The notes under the pieces are model-generated. The model was not told the origin of the DNA and searched no databases. It saw only the letters and a list, made by a program, of their open reading frames with translations. Shown piece by piece: positions 51,411 to 64,000 of a DNA stretch of 64,000 nucleotides (its first letter is position 1; every line of letters starts with the position of its first letter). The position numbers and the translations under genes were made by a program. This DNA comes from Eledone cirrhosa. Taxonomy: Eukaryota. The stretch spans positions 413,044,001 through 413,108,000 of the forward strand of contig OZ024740.1 of assembly GCA_964016885.1 (NCBI GenBank), in the 5' to 3' direction.

Positions 51411-54400
51411 AAACATTGGCAGTTTATGAATATAAAGCAAGAGGAAAGTTTAGAGTATTCAGTGTATGAAACAATCTCACGTGTAGCATGGACGCGTGTC
51501 TTATTTATACAGGATTAGAGTGCGGCAGATTGTTACTTGTAGGATCAGGCAGTTAAAGCAGGCAATCAATAGTATTATGTGTGCTGTATTGTTAAATCAT
51601 TTTTTCGCATACACCTGTATGATATACAATCCCGAATGTAGAGAAACACCAAAATATCAAAAATATCAAACATATTATAAAACATATTATAACATAGGCA
51701 AAACAGTACTACTGTCTTCGCGCACACCACCACTCACATAATCCATGCCCTTTAGATAAAAAATGTTTAACCAAGGATATCATATACTCATGTACAGTTA
51801 CAACTAACAACTCTTCTGAAACCTATATAGGCTCTACTTCTAACTGCTTCAAAACTAGATACAATTCGCACCTCCACTCTTTCAAAAAACAGTCTAGCCA
51901 ACTCCACTTCACTATCTAGCTACATACACTATCTAAAAACTAAAAATAAACTATATACACTTAAATGGGAAGTGGTAGGTAGTGCAACATCGTACAAACC
52001 ACCTAATAAATGTTGTAACCTGTCTACTAGAGACCCATACTATCATCCTCTCTAACCATAATCCCCTTAATAAAAAATCGGAAGTGTTCGCATCTTGCCA
52101 ACACCGCTTCCGACACTCTTTCCAAAACTTTAAACCCTATATATAACAATGTCAGACTTGAACCCGTCACCACCCCTAGCAATTAGCATCAGTGGCACAC
52201 CTTACACCTCATCTCCACACCCACTTATATACTCTAAAGCTAATAGTGGCAACCTTATAGTACCATCTACCTTGGAGATACCCCCATGTACTTCTAATTC
52301 TGATATGTTGGCCTTGGATTACTTAGACTGCATTGCACAAATATATGATTAATATAAACTGTAGACACTGTATTGGTTGTGCTAACATAATCCTGTACAT
52401 GGAGTGCCACCATGAGATAGATGGATGATTAAGTAATTAATTTATTATTAAGTGACTATATATTCTATACGATGAGTACAATGAATTATGCACAGGTGAA
52501 ATATGAGTTAGGAGTTTCTGTATTGCTTGATGACCAGATTAGTGTCTTTTGATGGGAGAACTGGTCCCCGGACCTCCCTGGTGATATTTGAATTTACCAG
52601 GGATTCAGTCATACAATGACCCGGAACTTACCGGGAGTCTTATATAGTAATAAGACCCTTATTAGTAATAAGACCCTTATACATATAATTGATTTTGAAG
52701 TCTGACTCTTCTTATAGATTGTTCAGGTGCGGCACTCCATATTGGATTGTAATCATCATGATATGAACTCCTTTAGTACTTCTTAATAGACTGCACTCTA
52801 ATTTATAGATAAGAAACCTAATTTAATTTATATATGAGATGGGAGTTTTTGTATTTCTTGATGGCCAGACTAGTGTCTTTATATAAGAGAATTGGTCTCC
52901 GGACCACCCTGGTGATATTTAAATTTGCCAAGGATTCAGACATACAATGACCCAGAGCTTACCGGGAGTCATATATAATAATAAGAGCCTGCCAGGTTCT
53001 GCGGGTGGACTACACTTACAAAGAACATTGATTTGGAGGTCTGACTCTTCTTATAAAATGTTCAGGTATGACACTCCTTAATAGAAGGTAATGATCCTGA
53101 TATATACACCTTTAGTACTTCTTAATAGACTACACTGTAACCTATAGATGAGTAACCTAATCTAGAAATTAGTTATAACATCATATGATAGGCACTTATT
53201 TGAAACACCATTAATGTAATTTAGGATAATAAATTTAACTATGAAAATCAGCTAGTTACCTCCCCTTACGCATTAACTCCCCTTGGTCACACACACACTT
53301 CCGGAATATAATATCATCTCACAAAACTAAACAACATGATCTATTAATTAAGAATCGACAAGATATGGTTTATAACTTGGTTCTATGCTGAATCATCGTG
53401 GATTGTGTGATAGACCTGTAGTCTATATATTGCGTTTCATGGATTATGTGAGTGGTGGTGTGCGCGAAGACAGTGGTACTGTTTTGCCTATGTTATAATA
53501 TGTTTTATATGTTTGATATTTTTGATATTTTGGTGTTTCTCTACATTCGGGATTGTATATCATACAGGTGTATGCGAAAAAATGATTTAACAATACAGCA
53601 CACATAATACTATTGATTGCCTGCTTTAACTGCCTGATCCTACAAGTAACAATCTGCCGCACTCTAATCCTGTATAAATACGACACGCGGGCATGCTACA
53701 CGTGAGATTGTTTCATACACTGAATACTCTAAACTTTCCACTTGCTTTATATTCATAAACTGCCAATGTTTCATTTTAATTTTTATTTTTATTTTTATTT
53801 TTATTTTTATTTTTATTTTTATTTTTATTTTTATTTTTATTTTTATTTTTATTTTTATTTTTTTTATTTTTATTTTTATTTTTATTTTTATTTTTATTTT
53901 TATTTTTAATTTTATTTTTATTTTTATTTTTATTTTTATTTTTATTTTTATTTTTATTTTTTATTTTTTTTTTTATTATTTTATTTATTTTTTTTTTCTT
54001 CATTTTCATTTTCATTTTTATTTTTATTTTCATTTTTATTTTATTTTTATTTATTTCATTTTTATTTTTATTTTTATATTTTTTTTTTTTTTTTTTTTTT
54101 ATTTTCATTTTTTTTTTTATTTTCATTTTTATTTTTATTTTTATTTATTTTATTTTTATTTTTTTTTTTATTTTTATTTTTATTTTTTTTATTTTTATTT
54201 TTATTTTTATTTTTATTTTAATTATAATTTTTATTTTTATTTTTATTTTAATTTTAATTTTTATTTTTATTTTTATTTTTATTTTTATTTTTATTTTTAT
54301 TTTTATTTTTATTTTTATTTTTATTTTTTTTTTTATTTTTATTTTTATTTTTATTTTTATTTTTTTTTTTATTTTTATTTTTATCTTTATTTTTTTTTTT

Positions 54401-54603
54401 TTTTTTATTTTTATTTTTTTTTTTATTTTTATTTTTATTTTTTTTTTTATTTTTTTTTTTTTTATCCTTTAACCTTTATATGTAAATTGCCATGCTATAT
54501 CATTATGATGGATGTCATCCCACTGTGGGTCAATATATGCATATGTTTTTATATGTCTCTGGTGTTGAAAAGGAGGTCAAGTATATTATAGATCACTAAA
54601 CAG

Positions 54604-54652
54604 TTGCTCCGAAGAATCCAAACCTCGGTTTGGAGGAAACAATTGTAAGCAA
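54604..54652 (+). ncRNA. Variant type I hammerhead (CCGAAGA core), PLE D
   Basis: UUGCU-CCGAAGA-A-UCCAAAC(CUCG)GUUUGGA-G-GAAA-CAAUUG-UA-AGCAA; identical inverted copy at 50914-50962. Confidence 0.8.
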
Positions 54653-54848
54653 ATAAATGATTTAAACTGAACTTTGATTATTGTAATCTCTATATAACTG
54701 CTCTGTAAAACAACCGATGTTATTACATTGAGCTATTTATTTTACTGGTAATAAGATGAATGACTATCTTTCACTATTTGGGGTTTATATAAAAAATATA
54801 TAACCATAAAAGGTTTTATTATATACATAACCATAAATAGTATCCTTA

Positions 54849-54898
<50 letters not shown>

Positions 54899-55799
54899 CT
54901 ATATATATATATATAAGCATGTGTGTGTGTGTATATAAGAACTTAAACAACTTTCTTGGAGAAAATCAGATCTACCTATTTCGCAAAACGATTGAAAGCG
55001 GCGTTCAGTTCATTAGGGTGTCTTTTGAAAGGCTGTGATCAAAGATATATGTATGTGTGTGTCCATATGACTGTGTGTGTGTGTTTGTTTTTTGCATATA
55101 TGAAGCTGTGAGGATATGTGTGTGTGTATATATTTGAGAGTGTTTTTTTGTTGATTGCCTCTACGTCGCTATGAATATGTGTGTGTATAAGTTTTAGAGA
55201 GAGAGATTGTATATATATATATATATGTGTGTGTGGGGGGGGGGGGGTCTGAGTGTTTATGCGTGTGTGAATGTGTTTAAATTCATCAGTATGCTTTTTT
55301 TTATATACGAGCATTTATTTTCTTTCACACTCCAAACCCTAAATGTCCATGTAAATTTGAGCAAAATGTCAACTATCGGTAATTGATATAAATCGATATA
55401 TAAATAAGATATTAAAGAATATTATTCTTGTTGGCATATGTAACCTAAGGCAACTGTATTTACATTGAAATTTCAAATTTTTAATTACTTTTTGAAATCC
55501 TTTAATAATATTATTTCACTTACGAAATCCATCTGTCGCCTATTTACAAAATATAGAAATATGTAATATCAAATTTGTTGATTTGAACACTTTCACTCCG
55601 TACGTTTCCCACTTCAGATTATAAGCAATAATTTGTATACAATCCCTTATTTCAAAATGTTATATAATTTGTTTGGGTTTTGTTTGGAGAGGTCAATGTG
55701 AATATGGTTTAAGCAATTTCCGATACATGAGAAATCGATATGGTTATGGTAAGAATTTGAATCTTCAGTTGCAGGGGAAAACAGGACGGCGAGAGAAAA

Positions 55800-56940
55800 A
55801 AAGAGTTAAATGAGGTGCAAGTGGTTTAGGGAATGTGGCATGAATACAGATATCTGGTAGAAGCGGTGAAAACCATGATATCTTTAAAAAGATAGAAAGC
55901 TGGGTGAAGGTCGTTCTGAGATAGATGATATGAGGAATTGTTGAGTGTCTTTATGCCAATCAGTTTTTTGCATTTCCGGTAAAGTGGTAACGATGTATAT
56001 ATGTGTACACGTAGCAATTCTGTCAAATATGTGTGAGCAATACTTTCTTGTTCTCGCGCTTGTTATAGGTTTAATAGTTGATGTGGCCTGACAGATGTTC
56101 TGACACCCATTATGCACTCCAATATTTGACATACAGTCTTTGCTAATTTAAGGCTCCTTATTTGACGGTAAGATCCTCAGATATGGCGCGATCTAGCAGT
56201 CTTAGAGATCTTGTTTCTAGCTGCGTCATATTCATATGCGTTTTGCGTTGGTAAGTTATAGTTTCTTTTATATATGTAGTTATTATAGCACTGCAGTTCA
56301 TGAAGATAATATTGATCTCACTACTCTGGAAAGGTTTATTGTGGTTTCTGGCAGGGAATCAGAAAAGGTTTAGTGTGCAATGTTTATGTTGCCGGTGGAT
56401 AAGACATGATAACTAAAACCTAGAGAGGAAATAGGACTGGCATTATCTAAAGTGGCGGAGGTGACGGCAACTTACACGTTCCTGTATAAAATGGAAGATA
56501 ATGGAACAATGTCAACAGTTGTAACGCTTTAGAGTTGATTGAGAATTGCATAGCAAATATATATTAATACATGGCGTGATGGTGCAATTTCAGAGGAAAG
56601 CCTTGTTCCAAGTATCAAGAAATAGTTGCTGCTCATAGGAAGACGATTATGCTATAAGATTCACCTAATACACTGGTTCAAATGCTTTAGTGATATCAGT
56701 TACATTATTTTCATCGTATTTCATGTGCGGGAGGGGGGAGGGGGGCTACCTTTAGGTGGCATAATTTAGTTGGTATTCAGGAGATCTGGCTTCACTAATT
56801 CCATACTGCTGGTCATTAATGAATATATTTTTTGCTAATGGTCGTTACCATCTCCTTTGTGATGTTGAATATGCTTAAGATAGGTTGATAATTAGTAGCA
56901 TCAAAGATACTTCCGCTGTTGGTCATGAATGGAACGACGT
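55800..56940 (-). mobile_element. Highly degenerate CR1/L2-like LINE RT relic
   Basis: Minus-strand remnants in the expected order: NYQPILSIFNITKEM (like NYRPISLLS..SKVM) and DITKAFE (like DISKAFD). Confidence 0.55.
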
Positions 56941-57499
56941 CGATCACAGGTCCTCCATAATAGGGTCGACCTGGGTCAAAATAAAAGCCAAATAGACAAT
57001 TATTACTGCCAATTAAGGCAAGGAAGAGAACATGAAATTTATTTTTAAAAAGTAAACATATTTGGAGTAAATCTAAAGATTTGGTCATACGATGATGGAA
57101 ATATTTGACTTCAAAAACGAAAATAGTCTGAGGGAAGTGCAGGAAGACAGTGTGTGTGTGTGGGGGGGGGGGGGGGGGCAGCTTATTGTGATAGAGAGAA
57201 AAGTGGAAGGCGTGTAGAATGAGAATAACATTTATTAGTAGTATGAAATATGCACAATATGGCATATTCAGTGATGTCAAGTACAGTCAGTGAATAATTA
57301 CTGCGTGCAAATTAACATTTAATATCTGGAAAATTCGATTGAGTAATATCTATAAAAGAAAAAAACTGAGTATTTACAGATACACATACATTTAAATTTT
57401 TTTTATACCAAATTTGCTTTTTATATGATATCAACTTTGCATTTTCCACGTTTCATTGTAAAAGAGCTGTAAATAGAAAATAGTTGAAGATCTCTGTTT

Positions 57500-57620
57500 A
57501 AAATTTGACACATAATTCTGATTGAATTCTCATACGTATGCGGACGACTTGACGGGAATTGTTGGAGATAATTCCTTTTCCAAAATATTTCTCTCATCGC
57601 AATATATGAATAGGTGTGTC
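57500..57620 (+). mobile_element. Possible LINE RT remnant
   Basis: HTYADDLTGIV resembles the RT YADD motif; no other motif was recognised. Confidence 0.3.
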
Positions 57621-60084
57621 CTTATTTCTATATTTTATTGTAAAAAAAATATTTCTATCAGCTTTTTACCTGCATTGATATTTCAAAAGGCTATAGATAC
57701 TTTTGTAGTTTTCTTCAAGTTTAGAATGCAAAACATTATACTGTACGTAATTGAGTCACTAAATAAGACAATATTTAGTTTGAATCTAAAATTGGCTAAT
57801 ACTTGTGATGGTAAATACACTTATAATCATTTTGTTGTAATGTCATTAGAGCTTATTTCAACGGTATGCATTTTATTGAAATCTAGTGATCTTTACGGAA
57901 AATCCGTCTCTCCAAATAATATCTATGAGAAATGGTAAACTAAAAGCCAGCATATCATTGGTTCATGTTTTAAAAATATATGTGTTAGCTAAGCTTCGTT
58001 TGACGCAACTTGATATTTCTACAGTTGAACGATGAGAATTTATGGATGCTATGACTTTCACGAGACAGATAGCTGCCTATTTGGAGTGTTAGGTTTTCAA
58101 GTGTCAATCTAAATTTCTTCGCTATTAGCAAGCGAATATATCTTGTTCTACTACACAAGTCACACAAATATAGATGTTTTCGAAAAATACGAATAAACAT
58201 AATACAACACTCTTTGGTTATATTCTTTATAATATTCTGCAATATTTCCCACATTGTTTTTGTTTTATTTAGAATGTATCCTATCAATTGTGTATGTTCA
58301 AGTCGTTCTATATATATATAATCAGCGTCTTTTAAATAAATCCTTATATGTAACAAACACTACGAGTCTTTTCTCACCACCTAGCTCATTTCTTGACCTA
58401 CATCTTACAGCAATAAGATTTTTGAATGAATGAAATAGAAAGTCTAAAACAACGAATAGATGTTTTCTGCCTTTCGAATTACTATATAATAATATTCTCA
58501 CCTGCAGATTCTATAAACAGTCCCTCAAACTGCAGCAAGTAGCGACAAAATATCCCTATCTCAACACCTTTAATAAAAGATATTCCTGATGTACAAAAAC
58601 TCACGGGCGTAAGGACTTGACTAACGTATATCGAAGAGGTGAGTTCATCAGAAACTGATATTTACTAATTTACAAATAGGTTTAAGGAATGTCGATCTCT
58701 TTTATGTCACCTAGCCTGGAATATATAGAATTTGCATCTTCCTCATATCGTAAATGGTAAAATACTCGTATTGGAGAGTGTAGCCCAATATATGCAAAAG
58801 AGGATAGCTATTATACATAGAGCCTGAATTTCAAAGCAATCGCAGCTATGAGAAATAAAAAAAATAGCAGTTCACATTGAACAGGACAATTACCAATTTA
58901 ATACAAGTCACAATAACATCCGAAACACTCATTTAAATCAAAGTGTTTTATAAAATGACATGATCTAAAACATGGTATATCTACATTTACAGTTCTCTCA
59001 TTAAAATTTGTCACAAAAAGAACAATCAAAAATATTCTTAAAACACAAATAGAAACACTTGATATAATGCATGTTACATTAAATGTCTACACATTTGGTA
59101 TATAGGGGGTATCATTTAGACCCAAATCTAGACGGAATGGTACACAACATACGTCATATTCAGCCTACGATAAGATACAAATGATCCAAATTATCTCTTG
59201 CTAAAGAAACTGTTTTCCCTTTGTTATGCATTGTAATAACACATGACGTCAAACCACAGTGTGCATAAAATTAATTATTGTTGCAATATTGGGTTGAATG
59301 GGTAATAAATGAATCTTTCTACAGATAAGATACGAACCCAGCCTTTTTAATCCCCCATCATCCTGAGCTAGAGCCTAATTCGAATTCTGTGATCAACATC
59401 TCACCTAAATTATGGCATTCTGTCTGAAGGTACAATACATTAATCACTTCTGATATTCTCGAACATTAATTCTAATAGAGTGACATTTCAGTATTTGTAT
59501 TTCTATTGAATAATAACATAAATACATCATATACAGACTGGCACTATTCAACTCACTTGATTTCTGATCAAAAGTAAGGTTTCAGCAACGTTTTAGTGTC
59601 CCGTGCAAAGTTAACACTGCCGATGTATATCTCTCCACCTTTCTGGTGTCCATAATCAATCAGATACAAACTGATACTTAGATAACAGTTATTACATGAA
59701 ATACAAAATATATAAAGGAATGTTGGTTTAAGTGATTTATATTTCATTCCTTCAAATGATGAATTCGAATTCAATAAAAATATCTCAACATTCTATACAA
59801 TTTCACGAATAGTTACATTATACTGATTTTTTCCATTTAATTGCCTCATTCATGCATATGGAAGATAATTACACAAGGATCTTATTCTCGTGTGGCCATC
59901 ATACAGGAAAATCAATTTCCTATAAGAACAAATTATTGTTATTTCAGAATTACCGTAATTATTCAGAAACTATTTATATTTATAATGTGTTATTCATCGA
60001 GTTGTCATACTTTAGTAAATCTGAAATTATCGACAATTTATCATATTTTTTAAAACATTATCTAGATATACCCACACAACTATA

Positions 60085-60176
60085 TATATGTGTGTGTGTG
60101 TGTATGTGTGTTTGTATGTGTGTGTGTATGTGTGTGTGTATGTGTATGTGGGTGTATGTGTGTGTGTGTGTATGTA

Positions 60177-60235
<59 letters not shown>
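60085..60235. repeat. (TG)n microsatellite
   Basis: Visible directly. Confidence 0.95.
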
Positions 60236-61639
60236 ATTTGTGTAAATATAAAGCTTCAAATTTATTACATGAAATGTTAAGATATATTGATTGATTTATT
60301 CGATTAATGCCTTCGGAATTCAAGCTATCATATTGGTAACATGACATTTTTGTTTCTCTGTAAGATCATGAAAACCAATAGCAAGCTCAAAGTGGAGATT
60401 TTTATACATACTCACAAATACATACACATAGAACGACACATATACATGAAAATACACATACATATATGCAAAGAGAGAACGATATACAATTATATATATT
60501 CAATATATGTGTGTTTTCGCATGCATGTTTGTGAGAGATCGTATGTATATCTATGTACTTATCTGTGCATATTCAGAGTTCTCATTTCTACTCATTTGGC
60601 GGTAAGTTACATCATATGATCAACATCAAGCTGGAAGGGTAAAGACATAGCTTACGGACCAGCTGAAGATCACTGTAATGAGGAATAGCGTAATACCTCC
60701 GATGGTGTTAGTGGTCGCTGTTTACCGTTTAATTTGAGCATTTATTTATTTTTTAATGCGACAGGAATATGAATAAATGTAAACCTGAGTGTAAACAAAA
60801 ATATGCTCAGAATTAGATGTACGTCATCTTTTCGATCATGACGAAGCGGTACGTTAAAAATAGGATTTACACATTATAGAGATGAGTAAAGTGACACGCA
60901 GGCGTACACACGTTTGCGTTCACGGGTGGAATAAGGAAACCTTGAAACAATAATGTCCAGTTTTTCTCTTGACATAATTTACTTCATTGAGGAAATCTAA
61001 TTTCGGTTTCAACAAAATAAGATTATTGGCCTAGATATGTGTAAAGTAATTAAAATTGTGTATAAAATGAAATGCGTAAAAATTGTCACGACTGCACAGC
61101 AAATTTCCTATAAAAGTCACAAGGGTATACTGGTAATTATTTCCCTCACAGTTTAAATAAATGCATTATGTTAAAGAATTGAAATGAATGTATAATCTAT
61201 TTTCGTCATTTCTGTTATATGAAAATGACTAAATGTATTTATCTACTTATGAGAGCCACATTATATATTTTTACATAACAAACTCTATGTGATATTCGTT
61301 GTCGATATTTTCATTACCGAAGAGAATTAATTTAACTGGTGTTTTAACCACATTATTCAGATTTAATCAAATATTTATTTGCCAATACAAATCTGTTTGG
61401 GCTTTACCGACGTGATACGTTACTTCAAATATTTCCATTTATTTAATGAAAAGTAAACCTGCATTATAGAAAATCTTAGTTTATTTACATAGTTCTTGAT
61501 ATGCTTAGTCTGGGTATAATAAAAGTAAATGTCATGTGAATAGTTACACTTAAGATGAATGTGTATGTCAGTAAATTGGTATATGACGTATGTTTTATGT
61601 ATATTTGATCAAATACATGTTAAATTTTATAGTACACGT

Positions 61640-61812
61640 TATCGGTAGAGGGTTGGACGCCATGCTTTCTAGCATAGTTACGTCCCATTACGGTTTGACT
61701 TCAAATCCCGTCGAGGTAAATTTTGCCTTCCATCCTTACGTGCTCGATAAAATAAAGTACCAGTAATGTACTGGATAATTGCTGGCCTTGTACCAAAATT
61801 AGAAACAATTAG
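61640..61812 (+). mobile_element. Meta-core SINE
   Basis: Same family as 2377-2570. Confidence 0.85.
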
Positions 61813-61999
61813 TTATCAATGATTTCTGTGGGCACGCAAAATAGATATATCATTTCATGGCATATGTATGTCAAGCGAACCTCCTCCTCCTTCTCCTCCC
61901 ACTTCCACGCATCCTTCTCCTCCTCCTCCTCCTCCTCCTCCTCCTCCTCCTCCTCCTCCTCCTCCTCCTCCTTATTATTCTATTACTTATTCATGGGAG

Positions 62000-63300
62000 A
62001 GTCATGGTGTAAGCATCCTCAAACACTCCTTCCAGCAGATACTGCGAAGTGCAACCGTCTCCTATTATTCGGCTGGATCCACAAACGAGTCCAGACGAAA
62101 CCCGACCCCTGTGCTATGCCCGCAAAATATTTCCAGCGATTCTTTCTTGATTGATTCTACTCACATGCCTGTAGATTCGGAGATGTAATCTCTCAATTTA
62201 GAGCAGTAGCAGCTCTACCTGGAGCAACACTCGGATTTCCAAGCTACCCACTCTATCGAGTAACGTCTCTGCAACAACCCTTAGGAGCTTAGGAGGAACT
62301 CCCTTTTGGCTGCTTGTAATCGCGATAATTATCGTTCAATAGCTAAAATGCATGGCCATAGGTAAGATTTCACACGAATTGTGACTTGAAGATAGGAAGA
62401 CTGGCTTTTCCACCTACCTCCTTTCATCTGATTACCTAATGCTTAAGCTGCCGCATTACTGCACCACATGTCTCAATTGTTGCACTTAATGCACCCTGTT
62501 GCCTTCTATCACTCGAGATACCCGAAATTCTTCATCTGTTTCAGTAGAAGTCTATTCACATGCAGTGCACTGTGCAGGCTTCCTGGGTCGACGGGTGTCT
62601 CAATCTTCGCATCACTGACTTTGCTCAAGTCGTGCTGCAAACCACATCACACCTATCATGTGCACGTCGAAGACCAACATCTGACGAGTTAAAACTATGT
62701 CATCTTCAAATTTCTGCCAGCTGATTCTACACCCGCCGTTGGTGATGCCAATTCCGACCAGGCTACGCATCTCAATAATACAGTTCATGAATATTATGAC
62801 GTAAATGGTGACAGTACGCATCCTTGGTGAAGTCTGACTTCGACATTTAATGATTTTGATTTAGCACCATTTATAGGTACACAAATATTTCACCCACCAT
62901 TTCTCAAAGACCTGTTGCAGTGTGAATACCTGTCCGGCTGTAGCGAGTCACAGTCAAACATCCCACTGTTCACAAGCTAACTTTGATACGACAATCTTTC
63001 TACGTATCTTTGCCATACACGTGACATGGAATTTGTTGGGTAGGCTTTATAAGAAGACTCTTCTCTAATTGGGAACATTCTATCCTGTCTCCCATTTTGA
63101 AAATTGGGTTTATTACTCCCGATCGCTTTTGAGTTCCTGATCTAAATACGTATGAAAATGTCTGATTAGACCTCTGTTTTAGTAATGAGCTCTCTGTTAC
63201 GTACATGTTCTTCCAGCACAAACACATGAATAAATATAAATAGGATAAGGGAAATCAGGGACAGAGGTCAATAACTGATTTTCCTATTGTCTTTGATCTC
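62000..63300 (-). mobile_element. Degenerate RTE-clade LINE relic
   Basis: Minus strand: IIFMNCI...GITNGGCRISWQKFEDDIVL (like GI.IGG..I..L.FADDI.L), then KNFGYL (like FKYLGS) and RRLHFA (like RRLRFAGH). Confidence 0.6.
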
Positions 63301-64000
63301 TTCGATATCGTGCTGGATATTGGTGATCAAAAATAGGTTGTCAACCAATCACCATCTAGTTATCTGCATAATATGACTACCTAAAGCGAAGGAAGCCCAC
63401 AAAACTGGCAGGTCTTAGTCGACCTATTAGATGAAGGAATTCAGGACCATGTATTTGTGTATATAGATTTCGCCTGGACATAGCACACATCCGCATTTAT
63501 ACCTGTTTAAATGTATATATGTGCTTGCATATATATACATTTTTGTGTGTTTGTGTGTGTGTGCGTGTGTACGTGTGTGCGGGCGCGCGTGTATGTGTGT
63601 GTGTATTTGTGTGAGCGTATATGCATGCGTTTCTTATGTGAATGTATTCGTACATCGTAGTGTGTTTGCGGGCAAACATTGACTTCTTGTTAAGTAATTT
63701 GTGGTTTAATTAGATATTCTCTTATTTAAGTTATCAAATACAATAGTATAGTAAGTTGCAGATATTGTATCATACATTGTGTACGTGATGTACTGTGTGT
63801 AGTGCACAATTTGTATAGTATGGCAGTATAATGATTTATAATGTGTATAGCATAGCGTTATAATGCATACGTACTGCATTGTGTAATCTTCGAATAATAA
63901 TAGGACTAGCAAATATGGTTCGTTCTTAAAATTACTTTATTATCATCAGATGTATTAGGAAATTACATTTAATTCTGAATCAAGTATTCTAACACGGAAA

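Larger units (their letters stand above)
50879..54740 (+). mobile_element. PLE 'D': 5'-truncated GIY-YIG fragment, long 3' UTR and ~870-bp inverted 5' pseudo-LTR
   Basis: 50879-51747 is the reverse complement of 53438-54688, both containing (TAAAAA)n. 51750-52145 translates DKKCLTKDIIYSCTV..YIGSTSNCFKTRYNSHLHSF..LKWEVV..SY..LNKKSE..CQH with frameshifts. The 3' end is approximate. Confidence 0.88.

Noticed and set aside
51063-54126. FYFY/KNKN ORFs
   Set aside because: Translations of the (TAAAAA)n tract.
58495-58660. Possible host exon ending in CAG|GTGAGA on the minus strand
   Set aside because: No clean open frame, acceptor or recognisable protein. Small host exons in 16.7-19, 29.7-31 and 57-61.6 kb cannot be excluded without RNA data.
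60655-60710. CTGAAGA..GAAT as a hammerhead
   Set aside because: GAAA is altered and there is no stem I complementarity.

Overview
AT-rich, microsatellite-laden metazoan DNA made almost entirely of transposable elements. The SINE and repeat content resembles cephalopod (Octopus-like) genomes; that is an inference. I found no supportable host gene exon, and most ORFs in the track are microsatellite translations. The window holds: (i) six Penelope-like elements (PLEs) or fragments with RT and/or a C-terminal GIY-YIG domain, most with an inverted 5' pseudo-LTR and one nested inside another; (ii) about 18 type-I hammerhead ribozyme motifs, intact or degenerate, from about nine unrelated sequence families, found by hand and including core variants; (iii) non-coding hammerhead repeats, notably a ~440-nt tandem plus inverted array at 24.1-26.0 kb that looks like a retrozyme (circular-RNA) system using PLE enzymes; (iv) a 15-kb head-to-tail array of five Tx1-like L1-clade LINEs separated by (TATC)n, including one intact two-ORF copy; (v) a non-autonomous Helitron, a Tc1/mariner-type TIR element, Meta-core SINEs, and CRE, CR1/L2 and RTE relics. 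All structures were read by eye. Boundaries inside microsatellites are approximate.
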